Counted from the stretch's first letter, positions 1 to 13,971 are shown. The stretch is 64,000 nt of DNA from Lingula anatina (GCA_051362555.1 CM120643.1:22882848-22946847); one strand, 5' to 3'. The notes: generated by a model from the letters alone, not told the origin. Translations and numbers: made by a program.

Positions 1-1529
1 TTAAGAGATTTACTGGTATTATGGTTGAATTAGTAATCACCTGCGTTTGTCATCTCCGTAGGAATAGCCTAAGCTTGCACTTTCCTCATAAATATCATGA
101 AAGAAAAGACATGTTATTTGTTTTTCAAACTTAGATCTACGTAAATTTATCACTGGGCTTAAATACAGCCTACGTGGTTTATTTAATTATATTCAGGGAT
201 CTTTTGCGAATTTTTCATTTTATCTTAATTAACAACTTGAAAGTGTGACCTTAAATTATTGTGTGCCTGAAATCTTGTGCTAGCTGAGATACATGTAGTA
301 ACTGACCAAAGATTGGCGGCGATGTTACTGTTAAGCATCTAATAATGCATAATTTGAAAAAAAGAGCACTGTCATATTTTGTTTTGCAAGACGAAATGCA
401 ACTCCAGTTCAAAAATAGGCCCAAAAAGGCTGTATATCTTGAAGTTTTGAAGTTAAATGCTAAATGATTTTTTTTTATTTCAGACATTGGCAATTTCAAG
501 GTGTGACCAAATTCCCATAGGCAAGGAACCCTCTGCTACATGTACTTACATTTTCTGAATATGTAAGTAGCAATAAGGGTTGTACATAATTAAAATTTGT
601 TGATGATCGTGTTGTTAAGCACCATTTAATAAGGCATCATCATCTACAAAAAATGCATCTATCGTTAAACCTGTTGCTCAAATTGGTTGCTCCTCAATTT
701 AGACTGTATTATAAATGTGACTGTTTTAATCACTTCGTAATCTACAGTGTCTATGTCCGCCCATTTGACAACTTTCATATAGTTCATAGAATACCTAGCA
801 AAATACTTCTTCTTGTTTTGAAGACTCGCGGCAAAACTGCAGAGTTTGACCCCTTCCTATAAAATAACCAAGCAAGTGCGCTAATTTTAACACAGTGATT
901 AGATATGGGCCGAGGTCAAAGATTTTACCCTTTTGTTTATTTATTGGGTTAATTTAAGACAAAGTGTTTGAGGTACAAAAAGCGTATTTCCCATTTTTCC
1001 CATTTCGTCCGCATTTTGAGGACGAACCCTATCATTTGACATAGTAAATCGTTTCCTATTTTTCATAGTGCTGTTGTTGAATGTATTAAAACAAGCGAAC
1101 CTCAAGCTGACGCCCACTGGCTTATGTTAACAAGAGATGAGAATAACGTTTAGAACTGTACATCTAACTTGAAAACGCGTGTAGACGCAGGCTTTGAATA
1201 TATAAAAAAGTTAGAATTCACATAAAATGTCAAGGAAAGCAAGTTGAAAGTGCCACAAAAAAGTATTTTGCGCCAGTGCTTCGCCTCGTATCTGTTTACT
1301 ATTTGATAGGACTATATACGTTTCCTTCCACTATCTCAACAGCGATACGAAAGGTGTATAAATACTAGTACCACCAACCATTACATAATAACTTTAGCAA
1401 TACATGTGTGCCGGTTGCGCTGCAGCGGCGAATTCTTAAGATCAAAAGTGGACAGAGAGGTAAGTTGAACAAGTGGATTAACAATAGATACTGCTGATAA
1501 TACATCCTCTCACATATTTGTTTCCAATT

Positions 1530-1930
1530 CTTATTCTTTTTCTGCTGTTTTCCCCCCTTGTCTTTTGTTTTTTCTTTTATTCAGTTTCTTTTCTTTTCTT
1601 TTTTTTATACATTTGTCAATAATATTTACCTCTTCGTCACTCTCTACCGTTACTTCGATATTTCATTTTTTGTATCATTCTTTTCTCCTTTTTTCTATCA
1701 AGTTTTTTATTCCAGCATTTTTCTACTTAACCCTGTGTTCTCTTTTCCTACCAGCACTTCATTCCTTCACTATTATCTCTTACTGTTATTCCTTTTCTTT
1801 GTCTCTATCTTAAATAACTCATTCTTTCCATTTCTCTCCCTCTCACCTGATTTACTTTCTTTCTTTATTTGTTATTTATCTTTCTTTTGTGTTCTTTTTC
1901 TTAACTCTCCATTTTCTCTGTGTATCTCTC
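1530..1930. repeat. Pyrimidine (T/C)-rich low-complexity tract
   Basis: Long runs of T/C; this produces the F/S/L-rich spurious ORFs at 1558-1974 and 1565-1813. Confidence 0.7.
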
Positions 1931-2771
1931 ACGTTCAGTGGAGGTTATACCATTATTATATTTTAGCCACTTAAAGTCAATTTATTACGGTGTCAGAGCT
2001 GCTCTAGTTTCTTGATAGGCAAAAGATAGGGGTTTATTTTTGCAGTACTGTGTAGATATTGTAAAAAATATAGCAATCAAAAATAATAAGTCGGCAAATA
2101 GCATAAAACGGGAAACTAACAGATCGAACAAAAAAATAATGCATATGGTTTATTAAGATAAAGGCAAACGGTTCAACAATAGCAAGTGTCAATACATTCA
2201 TGCCGAAACAGTATTAGAAGTGATAATGCTTACAATGTCCATAAAGGGTATTCATACACGTTTGCAAAATACGAAATTCAAATATGTTCTGAAAATGACA
2301 ATTTAGTTTCTCTATCTAAAAAAATACACGCCAATCCAATCAACTTATATAATTGAGGGAAGAGTATATGGAATAATAGAAAGAATCCTACCCAAATTCA
2401 TATTTCAAATATTACTATTTTTGTGCTATACAATAACTTTGCCCTAACATGCTTATGTAACAAAATATTAAAAAATCTCACCAAAGTTCCATAGAGGATA
2501 ATATTGAAGCACAATTACATTATTACTATATGTAAGTTATTGCAAAATGACAAAATCAAAAAGTATATTTCATTGAAAACTAATATCGTAAAGGGGTATA
2601 ACGAAATCAAATTATATGAAGGCTTAAAGGTCGTTCACCCCCCCCCCCATATTTGTTAAAGTTAAGAGAGATGCGTTCTTAAATTGACAGGAAAATTAAA
2701 GGGGCATAAAGGAAAAAAATGACGACCACAATTAATGTGCGAGGTCACTCTCCCACTGACTAACATGTTTA

Positions 2772-5700
2772 CTACTTAGGAGTTGGAATGACAGTCTGTC
2801 TTGGTGCAACTCCCCGACTACACTTACCATACCAATCACTGTCTTTGCGACAAATTGGAGTAAACTGGAGGCAAACGAAACAAAATTCTTTCCTACAGGC
2901 TAAACACGTAAGATTTTTGCACGCTTCAGTATTGTGCTCGCAAAGTTGGCCACAATTTGGGCATGCTCTAACACGTGGAACTTTTTGACCAATTTTACAC
3001 TTCTCCAAATCTATTTCGTCACAATTTGCTAAAAGCGACAGACTTGAGTCTTTTTCGTTAATACAATAACCACACCCTACTTTATTAGTAACGGGACCGA
3101 ACTTTGGCCATTCTCGTAGACATCTCCAGCAAAAATCATAACAACGCCCAAACGACTTTGTGCAGTAACCACAATGGACTCTCAGGTTATTCACGTCTCC
3201 ACGCTCAACGAAGCTTTGGCAACCTGGACACTGGAAGTTTAAATTATACAGTGTTTATATGAAGTTGCAAGTGTGACGTTCATGCCTCCGAGTTAAAAAC
3301 TGTCTGATGATGAATTGACCCACATGCCACTGCCGATTAGTTCTGCTTTAAGTTTTTCTTTTGTAGAGAATTAGTGGTCTTACGTGTACGTCAACATTGA
3401 TTTGAACTACACACATGGCGCATGACACTCATACAAAACAGAGCTGCTGCGATAAACCAATGAATGAACAAAATTTATTAAGTATTACTGAAACGAAACA
3501 AACGTCAAACAATGACAAAATAAGCATCAAAATATCTTTCACATTAAATACATACTAAAACTTGCATCCGTATTACTATAGTTACAGTTAATAAATCGAT
3601 GCTATGTTCTCCATATAAAGAGCAATCTTCATCGTTCGAGACATTTAACAATGTAAAATTTTCTAATGGAGCTGATCGTCTTAATTTCGATATAACAAAA
3701 TCCGCGTTTGAAGATCTTTTAGGTTTTAAAATCATTAGAATATCATGCCAGGGTATATACTGTATCTATGTGTTTACCTCTTTTGCCGTTTGAATTGCGT
3801 TTTTGGACCACATGATTTCCAGTTCTTGTCGTTCCTTTTGATCAAGTAAGGCCTTCTCTCTTATTTCAGTAAAATCCCAGTTGACTTTGCACTTTGGGCA
3901 TTTAATATCCAAACGACCCTGAAACATACTTCGGATATTGAAAGTGATTTGGGCAGTTTATTTTCATTAAATGTTTTGTACATAATGTTTTAAATGCCCT
4001 TTGATATACACAGCCGTAGTATCTGTTGAACAGTGAATCTTAACCACATGCATGTACATAACGGTTTTAAACCCGAGAGAACCGATTTGGTTATTTCCAT
4101 TTCCATAAAGAGCTTACCTGTTGCAGTTCATTTTTACTATGACCAGTTAACATATCGGGGTCCACAGCATGTCCGCACGACATTTCACCACGCCAACTGT
4201 AAGGATCATCTGAATATTAAACAACATCCAGGTTACCAATATAAAATAATTATGCAGTTTTACAATGATTCCTGTACCTGTTGACACAATATGTATGCCC
4301 AATAAAGTAAAAATACCTGACCAGTTAACCTAAAATGTGGGTCACATTAAGAAGGCTCAGTAGTGTGGACTATCAAAAAATATATTAGTCAAATTTACCA
4401 TCTCCTGCGATAACATCTGCTTCTTTCGTAAGAAATCTTGAATGGAGTTTTGGGTCATATCTCTTTTCTTGTCCACCTGGAAGTCGAGTCACCATCTGTA
4501 TGGACGCACCGTCTTCTATACCATAGTCTTTCAGCATTGATTCCTCTCCATAATTATTTATATCTTGAAGTGTTTTTCCAGTGTACAAAAGCTTAATTTG
4601 CTCATATTCTGAAAGGTACAAGCATGTATAGATCATTCAACAAAGTTGAATCTATGACTTCATGTACTTTTGTTGAGAAATCATTACTTTCATCCACAGG
4701 ATTATCATAAAAGGAAATTTAAGACATTCATCCCCAAATTGTATCAGAATGATTTCCCTATGTGTTAAATATAAGCCAAAAAATTGAAAAGACGCTGCCA
4801 AAATTCACCAAACATATACACAATTAAGTTCAAAATGTATTTTCAAAAGCCAATATAATAAATATCGTATGCAGTCTCGTAGCCGGTAGTTTCGGTTCTT
4901 TTTCAAATTTTTACTTTTGACGCAAAACATTTACGTGCTTTAGTTTAATTTCAATTAAAAACATAAAACAGGACAATAACACACACATATATATACGAAC
5001 AGAGATTGAAAAAACACGTGTTACACCTATCATGCTTTGTATGCTGTAAAGTGATTCAAATTAAACACTTTGACTAAAAGAGAGTGAAAGTGAAAGAATT
5101 ATACTAAAATTAACTTTTTACTTGAAACATGAAACTAGTACTATAATTATACTGTATACTTAAAATCTTATGATACATCACATATTAATATTACAGCACC
5201 CATAATAAAGCACACGCCATAGGTGCAACAGAGATTGAGTACACACATGTGTTCCACCTAACTTACAGCTTAAAAACAGTAAAAAACACAAAAGTGTTAT
5301 AGCAAAAGCTGTAAAAGAGAAGACATACATATAAAAGAATTAAGCTAACACAACTCAAACTTGCACCATAAATAAGAAGACTGGTCATTTATAATCTGAT
5401 TAATGAGTCAAACTGGTGCATTTTAAGCTTCTAATAAACAAGATCACTTTAAGCTACTAATAAACAAGATCAACATTCATTTGACGTTGAATTTAGTTAG
5501 ATCAACGTCCCAACCTGTTTTCAACGTTGATCCAATGTCACTATGCCCGCTGGGAACACTTTTGTATTTTTTTTAGTGTTTATAAGCTGTAAGTTAGGTG
5601 TAACACGTGTTTTTTCAATCTCTGTTGCACCTATGTCGTGTGCTTAATTATGGGTGATGTAATATTTATATATAATGTATCATAAGATTTTAAAGATTTT

Positions 5701-6320
5701 TTTTTGGTTTTAGTTTAGTGTAGTGTTATTAAGTAATCTACCAATAAACTTTTCTAAGCCTACTTACCGACTAACCCCAAGCCCAATTTGAAATTAATCG
5801 CTAAATGCACTTAAAAGAGCGTAAGGAGTCTTTTGGTTATTTATATAAAAGTTTTCAAAACATTATATGCTTCTGCAAAATGTTATAAAAACACTAATAA
5901 AACTCCACAAGATAACGTTAACATAAAGTTTTGTAGAAGCGGCCTTCGTATCTTTCGACAATTATTATAACGGTACCATAATGTTTTTTGTTAGCAGGGA
6001 CATTATTTTGCATGGAGTTAAAAAAAACGCCAATTGAAGAGATGGTTTAAACATATGAAACGGACAACTAACTTTTCAACACTTTTCCCCATTCACAAAC
6101 ATACACGTCGAAAATCCTTTTTAAAGATATGTTGATTTCTGAATTTTTAGTGTATTCCGCATGCCACAGTTATCTCAAATGACTTACCAACACTCTTTGT
6201 CCATTGGTCCACTAGTTTCCGTTTTAATGCCTTAACAGATACTTTCCCTGTATCCAAATATTCTGGAAAGGATATTCTGACGTTTCCGCCAGTCATTCCT
6301 ACAATTATAACCCACACCAT
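2772..6320 (-). CDS. Ubiquitin-like domain + RBR (RING1-IBR-RING2) E3 ubiquitin ligase-like protein, 5 exons, ~344 aa
   Basis: Phase-consistent GT-AG exons: 6188-6320 (MVWVIIVGMTGG...), 4399-4608 (EQIKLLYTGKTLQD...LKDYGIEDGASIQMVTRLPGG, ubiquitin fold), 4118-4209 (EMSCGHAVDP), 3778-3918 (IKCPKCKVNWDF), 2772-3230 (CPGCQSF..VHCGYC..FCWRCLREW = IBR; RACPNCGQLCEH..ACKNLTCLACRKEFCFVCL = RING2). Total 1035 nt, open to the stop. Confidence 0.88.
5163..5692. repeat. Inverted repeat with ~135-bp arms (foldback/MITE-like) in intron 1 of the Ubl-RBR gene
   Basis: 5163-5298 (aaatcttatgatacat...ataggtgcaacagagattga...cctaacttacagctt...aaaagtgtt) is the imperfect reverse complement of 5555-5692. A third partial copy lies near 5000-5030. 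Confidence 0.7.
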
Positions 6321-7774
6321 GTTGAATCGTTAAAATACGTGCTACACCAACTTATGTATGTAGGCTTGACGGTGGTTATGGTCACGTGTTCCAACTGTCA
6401 CCCAATGAAAAGATCCAATAGATAATAATTAACACAATTAATATTTAAATAGTCGTAAAAATTTCTGTGACTTGTTTAAGTTCAAGGCCTGAATCCATTA
6501 GTATAAAAAGTCCGTTTTAAATGTAAACTTCACTTCCTGGGGTCTAACAATAAATAAATTCATCCTTTCTATCAAATTACTGTCCTTTTCTACACATTTT
6601 ATCAGCAGGGTTATCACGTCACCTATGCTGGTGCATGCACGTATCGGAGCACGCTTACCTCTAAGGAGTAGGTTTTACTTATAGATGCCTTAACGTATGT
6701 ATGTAATGTGTCAACACATGCTGTTAATTGTCTTAAATTTGAAATAAAGCAAACTAACACAGCTGATTGCTCATTTAATATTTATGACACAGACTTTTAT
6801 AAAATAAAATACAATGCATGCTACCAACACAGAATTAACGCCTCAGAATTGATATAAACTAAAGAGTCTTTAAATGGCGTCAGTAACGTATGTATCATTT
6901 TGGGAGATTAAAATAATAAATTTCTGCCTAAAGAACTATATAATGTGCAAATAACCATACTGTATGTACTGTGCCCACAATCATTTACCTCAATATTAAC
7001 TACGGTATCGTTAAGAATTTTGCATATACTTAAGGAATTTTGGTGGAAGAGAATGAACATCGTTTTACTTCTTTTTACTAACTTCGGGTTTTTTAAGCCT
7101 AGGTTACATTTGCCATGTCCGTAAGCTCCGTGTACAGTTTTCAACCGAAAACCTAATTTTTCCTTTGTGAACTCAATGCCAAGTCCGAGAAACATTTCTG
7201 TAAATATTTACTCGTAATAACAAAGTTTGCAATTTCTAGTTTTTTTGTTTTACGACGCCACAAATGTTTGCCTTTCATCGGTGCCGTAATCCTGCACTTT
7301 AAAATTTTGCAAACGAAAAATGTCTGGGTCGTAAAGTGAGAAAAGTGTTTGGGTCAACCGTTGAAGGCCTAAAGTATGTGCAAACAGTTTATTTGTACCG
7401 CCTGAGATACTGGTCTAGACGTTTAATGATGAAAAATCAAGAGACTTCTAATAAACTGTCTGAAGGTAAAAGGTGTTTAAACACTAAATGGGTATTAACC
7501 TATACTCCTCCACCCTCCGCGAACGCACACATACACCAAGTATTAATAATGTCGCTCATCTCATTATTTTCATCTCATTTGTTCTCATTTGAGCATTTGT
7601 CACATGGTGCGATCATAATGTCTGTTTCATATAATGGGAGCCAGAAACACCGATATCAAGATAAAATTCAAAATCTTTGGCATTAAAGAAGAAAATAAAA
7701 GGAAAAAATATTTAATTAAATTCTTAATACTTAATATAATTTAAAGAACATTTTTGACCGATGATGGGTATGTA

Positions 7775-9142
7775 CACACACTGGACAAAAGAAGTGTCAC
7801 CCCTACTGAGCCAATACAATGGGGGAGATAAATGACTGTGGAATGACATGCTCCTGGTATCATTTTATTAACATCAAATTTCACAAAAAATCACAAAATG
7901 AGAACAAAATATACATTCTACCAAAATATGCAGTTTCAAGTCCAAAATTAGTACTTAGTGGCATAGCCACGTGACCTAATAATAGGTGCCAGTCTACGAA
8001 GCAAGGTTTCATATAATTGTCTGATGCGTTCAGGGCTTATGCTGGCCCAAGCATGAAACACTGAATATAACAGAGTTTCTCTGCTGGTTAGACGGGCATT
8101 TGTGAAAAGTTTTGACATATCATTCCACACATTTTCTATTATGTTTGCATCCGGACTCTGGGCAGGGCACATCACCCTGCGAATGTCCTGTTGGTCAAAC
8201 CAATCATCAACTGCTCTGGGCCTGTGACAAGGAGCATTGTCATCCTGGTGAACAAATGGATAATTCCTGTCACCAAACATGTTAGTAATAGATGGTAGCA
8301 AGCCTGACTCAAAAACATCGATATATTTCTAGTGATTCATGTTTCCATTAACCACTATCAATTCGCCCAAGCCATGGATGCTGATGCAGTCCCACACCAT
8401 GATGAATATGCTGCTCCGGGTTCGAAAATTCAGTGCATGTGGTTCAAATGCTTTACCAGCAGTTTGCCAGCATAGTACCCGTCTGTCATCAGAGGTCAGA
8501 CCAAAGCGACACTCATCAGAAAAAAATATATAGGACCAATTATCATGAACTGTCCAGTTCCAGATCCTGTTGACCCTAGTTTACTCTACGTTGCCTGTTT
8601 TTGTCTTGCTACCCTGCTGTACACTCTCAGAGCATGTAACCGACGCCTAGCAATTTTCACGGACACATTCTTATGTGTGAAATTGTTCCACTGTGTTGTT
8701 AACTGACAAGCAGTGTCGAACTTTGACAACCTGGACATCAAAATCAGTCGTCGGTCTTCACGGCCAGTATTTTTTTCTTGAACGACCCATCAGAGGCAAT
8801 TTGTCTCTTGATCCAGTGTTTCTATACCGAGACCAGACCCTCTGCACGGTTCTGACTGAACAATTCAATTGTATCGATATTCTGACATTGCTTATATTCC
8901 GCCTCTTCAGGTTAATAACTTGCACCTATGACCGTTAGATAATTGCCTGTATCTTGCCATATTGGAGGAAGACAGGAATAACATTTGCTGTACATGTACA
9001 AGACCAACAATACAATTCCATGGTATAGCGGTTTTATACTCATTAGTCACATTATAAGTAGACCAGGCATTATAAGAACCCAAGATCTGCCTACTTTTAT
9101 TACTCTGAGGTAGGGGGTGACACTTCTTTTGTCCAGTGTGTG
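7775..9142 (-). mobile_element. Tc1/mariner DNA transposon (DD34E type), 1368 bp, both TIRs present, transposase decayed
   Basis: Left TIR cacacactggacaaaagaagtgtcacccc is the reverse complement of right TIR ggggtgacacttcttttgtccagtgtgtg. TA flanks both ends (7773-7774, 9143-9144). Confidence 0.93.
7948..8960 (-). pseudogene. Tc1-family transposase pseudogene
   Basis: The C-terminal ORF carries HQDDNAPCHR...PAQSPDANIIENVW...RGYATKY. The N-terminus MARYRQLSNGHR (ATG at 8960) is cut by stops and frameshifts. Confidence 0.88.
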
Positions 9143-9199
9143 TATTTTGAACTTGGTTGGTGTGTAATGTTGTCAGTGGTGCCTTATGTATACTTTTAT

Positions 9200-9960
9200 G
9201 TATACGCAAAGAGATAATTCAATATATTGCCTTTTGAAATAGGTGGTGACTGTCGTCAAAGCAAACCGGTTTTCCATATATCTTTAACCTGTCTGTGTCA
9301 ATAATGGCAATCTTAATTAGGCATAATGACTCTATCAGGGAAGTTGCAATTAGGAGAGAAGAGGCCAACCGCTACAATATACTGGTCACACAATATTGCT
9401 TCTGTATGTAGGTGGCTCAAAGAAGAGTATTAATAATGCTCTTAACCTTTTTCCAATTTTCGAAATACTCCGGCCTTAAGCCAAACATTGATAAGACAAA
9501 AGCAATCTGGACAGGTTCGGGAATTGGTAGGAAGGACATCATATGTAGGGAGAGGAGATTGGAATGGACATTAACTTTACTATGGGTAACATTTACAGCT
9601 GGTGCAGAATATTTAAAAAGAGCTGAATTATAAGAACAAATTGCCAGACATCGAAAAAGAAATCAACGCATGGTTAAAAAAACATTACTGTCGTTAAGTC
9701 GCTTATCGTATTAAAGTTAACTCATTTGTTTATATCGCTTCCGAAACCTTGCAATCAGCTGATTAAGGATATGGTAAGTAAAATTACTAACTTGATATGG
9801 CACGGGAAGAAGGATAGGATATCAAGTACAACAATCATCAACACTATGAAAGTAGGGTGGGGAGGGGGTCGTATGGTACATTTAGGTTCACTCATTAAGG
9901 CATTGGAGCTTAAATAGATGAGTAGACTTCTTGATAATAACAGTAATAGCTAATATTGTA
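9200..9960 (+). mobile_element. Decayed L1/Tx1-type LINE reverse transcriptase fragment
   Basis: Broken frames give CRQ..P..PYIF-like, FSKYSGLKPNIDKTKAIW and LFISLPKP..IWHGKKDRI..GG.RM motifs typical of L1/Tx1 ORF2. Confidence 0.65.
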
Positions 9961-10042
9961 GATTATTTTCTGAAATCACTCACTGTAATTAGTCTACATG
10001 TACAGGGGTATGTCACTACAGGTCAGATCATTCAAGGAGTTA

Positions 10043-11989
10043 ACCACCCTATTTACACTGGGCGGTGTCATGTACCAGAAGGTCCCCCATGACAGAAACT
10101 CTGTATCATGGTAATTGGATATAATATACAGGGTCCCCCGGACCCTGCATTTAACCGGACCCTACGTTTCATGACAACTATCACGAAACACAGAGTCCGC
10201 CCGTCATACAGAAGAACTGGGTCTAAAAGCTAGGGTCCTACTGTAGAACAGTAGATATTTAGTAAAAGCTCTTTATATTGACAATCTGGGTATAATAGAA
10301 TTATTATAAAGCAAACCCTTGATGCAAGTAAATATAATATAACAAAACCGCGGTGGTTTGCAGAACGACCAGGTGGTGTAGTGGACAGAGACACTGGTGA
10401 TGAATCTACTATGGTATCCAATGACAGGGAAGTATCTAGTAATTTAACAATATGTTGGTTCGAGTCTCTCACTGGAGTTGACTTTATAACGCCTCTGTTT
10501 TCACTCTTCTTTTTTTAAATTTATAGTTAAATATTCAACTTACTGTCCATTTATTGTGTTTCATTCCGCAATAAAATGTGTTATACTCACTTTTGATTAC
10601 ATTTCATACCTTTTTTTAAATTGGACTTACTTAAAATATATTTCACACATATCCCATTGCATTGTGATGCTTTGGACTTTATATACGCGTGACTTATTTA
10701 AATACCACTCGTACATGTGTGTAAGCTAGTGGTACACAATGAATCGATGCTAAACTGTGCAAAACGTTTCTTTTCTTTAGACTATACGCGTGACTTAGGC
10801 TACAATGACTACCACTCATGAATGTGTGACAGCTAGCGTTATACAGTGCATCAATGCCAAATTGTGCAAAATGTGTATTTTCTGGAAACTGACGAAATTA
10901 ATTTTTTTTAAATATACATGCTTATGAAGTGTAATTGAAAATGTACTAATTTCATTTTGTTTAACAATTTATATTAAGTTTTAATTTAAGTTGCATACCC
11001 TAAATTAAAATGGAATCAACCCAAAAGCAATGTATTCCATGTTTCTCAATAACATTAGAAATTTTAATTAAAGTTTTTTCCATTGTGTATTATATGGACA
11101 ACAATAAAGCAAAATTGTATCAACAAGAAAGGATTTGATATCTACATGTACTTTAAAATATATTTATAATGTGAAACTATGGATTATATTTTTCTCATTT
11201 TAGACGAAGCACTGGCACAGATGTTTTATCAAGTTTACATGATGATGGAAATGCTGGTGACAACGGACAATGAGGAGAAAAAAACAATTACTATGCTGAT
11301 TAATAAAATAAACTTTTTTTGTAAAATAAGGAAGTTCACCGAAAGAACTTATGTATTCTGAATAAATTTATATTTCTTAAGTGATGTTCTTTCTCAATTG
11401 CATACAAAGATAATCCTGCAAATTAAAGTTTATGAAATGCGAACAATTATATTATATTGTACTACGCGTTACACTTTAACAGAGCTAGGTTAATAATGTT
11501 TATTTTACCTTTAATTCTTATAATTTTCCCTCCATATCAGTTAACATCATGTTCAATGTCATTTTTAAATTGCAAGTTTTAAGTGTGATATTTCATTATT
11601 GCTCTTCAATGCGGACTTTCAGTATTAAAACGTAGGGTTCAAGGACTTTCCGTACTGAAATAGAGTGTCTAGGGGGACTCTACATCTCAGAACATAGAGT
11701 CCGGGACCCGTTATTTCGACTCTCAGTTTTAAAAGACCGGGTCCGCTGGACCCTAGAATGGTAGGACTCTGTGTTGCTTGACACCGGCGTCCTTTCTGCG
11801 CCCTTTGTGGGCCCATGAAACTGGCATCACTATGGTTGTAGAGAAAAGGTACCAGCATCACTTCGGTTGCAAAATGAACGCTCAGTGGTCGGTCTGTTGT
11901 CTTCACCTTAAAAATATTATTTTTTTTACTCTCAAACAAGGCCGCATTACGGGACGCAGAATGGACGCCGACCAGTGTAAAAGGGGGTT
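10043..11989. mobile_element. Possible non-autonomous DNA transposon with imperfect TIRs
   Basis: Left aaccaccctatttacactgggcggtgtc resembles the reverse complement of right gacgccgaccagtgtaaaagggggttt. Repeated GGGTCC/GGACCC motifs lie near both ends (10130-10240, 11635-11770). Confidence 0.35.
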
Positions 11990-12642
11990 TAGTAGAAAGT
12001 ACCACAAATGTTTTAGGAAGGAAGTACTACTAGGCTTCGAATGTCTCTTCAAATTTTTCAGTAAACGGAAGTAATGACATACTTAAGGCCCATTTTGGTA
12101 CAATCCATTTCTAAAAAGGGAGAGATGTTATTTTTAAAACAATTTAAGGTCTTAATCACCTGAATTTATGCAATGGGATATCAGAAGTGTAATTTTTAAA
12201 AATTTACACCACCTCTAACCCCTATACATATCCCCTGAAATTAACGATATTATCAGATTTATCAATTCTGAACGCTCACTCCGCTTTTAAGGTATGTCAT
12301 ATTGTGAGTAATTAAGATACCCACAGAGGATAATATATTATGTTTGCAGTATGATGTAAACTTTTCCAATATTAACATTCCATAGATATCCTCTAATTCG
12401 TTCTTGAGAGTTGAAAAATGAAAAACTCACATTTTAGTGACTATTGCAATATTTCAGGCATATGCTTACGTACATTAACTTGCTGCTGCCAATTTGTTCA
12501 CCAATGAAACACAGTTTCCAGTATGACATGGTTAAACATTATTATTTCAATATTTAAAAAACTTCAGCATCAATGTACATTACTTAGAAATTCAGGATGA
12601 CTGCCTGCTTCAGGATAAACTCGAACAGTTTTAGAATTCTTT

Positions 12643-13399
12643 CCCAGCAGGCATAGTCGCGTTGGATCAACGTTGAAAGCAGGTTGATACGTTGAATTGC
12701 CGTTAATCTACCTAAATTCAACGTCAAATCAGCGTTGATCCAGCCACGTCGAAACACCGTCATAATGTGACGTTGACTCAACGTTGTATTTTGGTCAATG
12801 ACACAACCTTGCAGGATTGTAATTTAAAATATTAATTATTGAAAACGTGATACTTTGTTTATCAATACTGTAACTAAATTTATCAAAATAATAACAAAAT
12901 GGTTTTAAAGTAAATGTGACAGTTGTTTTGTGTCTTTAGTTAACTAGTGAATTTTCTTAACTTGTTATTCAGAAAAACATTCCAATAAACTGAATTGCTT
13001 GCAAGGCCAGCTAACACTAGGATGAATAAGTTGCTGTAAATGTGAAGAAACGGTTCTTGGTAACCTGTTATAAATAGACAGGTTGAGGTGACTGTGACTT
13101 TGTTTTATATATATATATATAAGAGAAGAACTATATGTAATCTAAACCTTGGAAATTCTAACTTAAAGGCCATACATTTATACCCTACATATATTTAGCC
13201 ATCAAACATGTCCTACTGCTAAACACATCCAGGCTAATTTCCCGCTGGGTGGGGTTGATATAACATTGTTTTCTGACGTTGATACAACGTTGTTATCTGA
13301 GGTTGACACAACTTTCAAATCCAACGTTTATTCAATGTCTACTCAACGTTATGGTTCAACGTTGTTTCAACGTTAAAACAACATAATTTGCCCGCTGGG
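12643..13399. mobile_element. MITE-like element with CCCAGC(A/G)GGCA termini and CAACGTTG-rich interior
   Basis: cccagcaggca at 12643 and tgcccgctggg ending at 13399, with many caacgttg/tcaacgt motifs. It is absent from the matching site of the duplicate unit (~16400). A related partial copy lies at ~5470-5553. Confidence 0.45.
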
Positions 13400-13427
13400 C
13401 TAGCTCTACTGTAACCTTAGAAGTTTA

Positions 13428-13700
13428 GAAATAGAAACAATAAAACATCTATGAGTAGACTGCCCAGTTATTAAAGATATATTTTGAAAGATACAGAATA
13501 CTGGTTAAGACAGGAATCAGGCCTCGGTCTCCGTATCACTTCATCTGATATATACCCAGTAATTTTGGGAAGTGCAGATAAGGTCTAACATACTGTTTTA
13601 CTTCAAGCAAAACCGTATATTTATCATAAAACCAGGAGAAGATTAACTCTTTTTGTTTACTGAATTTGAAACATATCACATAATATATATAATAAGAATA
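13428..13700 (+). mobile_element. L1/Tx1 LINE ORF2 C-terminal (CCHC/zf-RVT region) fragment, copy A
   Basis: Translates to EIETIKHL*VDCPVIKD..W..WLRQE...ILGS...VLLQAKPYIYHK. Confidence 0.65.
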
Positions 13701-13932
13701 ATAGGAAAAAACTGGTGGAACTTTAAGAATGGGAGAGTGAGAGAGTGAGTGAGAGAAAGCTATGTTACCAGTATATTTTGTATTGTGTATTTATGTATTT
13801 TATGTATGAATTGTGTTGTATTGTATTGTGTATGTGTGTTTCTTTTGTTATATGAATAAAAATGCTTTAAGGATTAACGTCAATTAGACTCAAATATGCC
13901 CACATTTCCAAAAAGGATATTTTCGTAAAAAA

Positions 13933-13935
<3 letters not shown>

Positions 13936-13971
<36 letters not shown>

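Noticed and set aside
1558-1974. 138-aa hydrophobic ORF resembling a membrane protein
   Set aside because: Artefact of a T/C low-complexity tract; non-ATG start and no splice or domain support.
10370-10475. tRNA-like A box (ggtgtagtgg) and B box (ggttcgagtc)
   Set aside because: Spacing is too long and I could not fold a cloverleaf; at most a decayed tRNA-derived SINE head.
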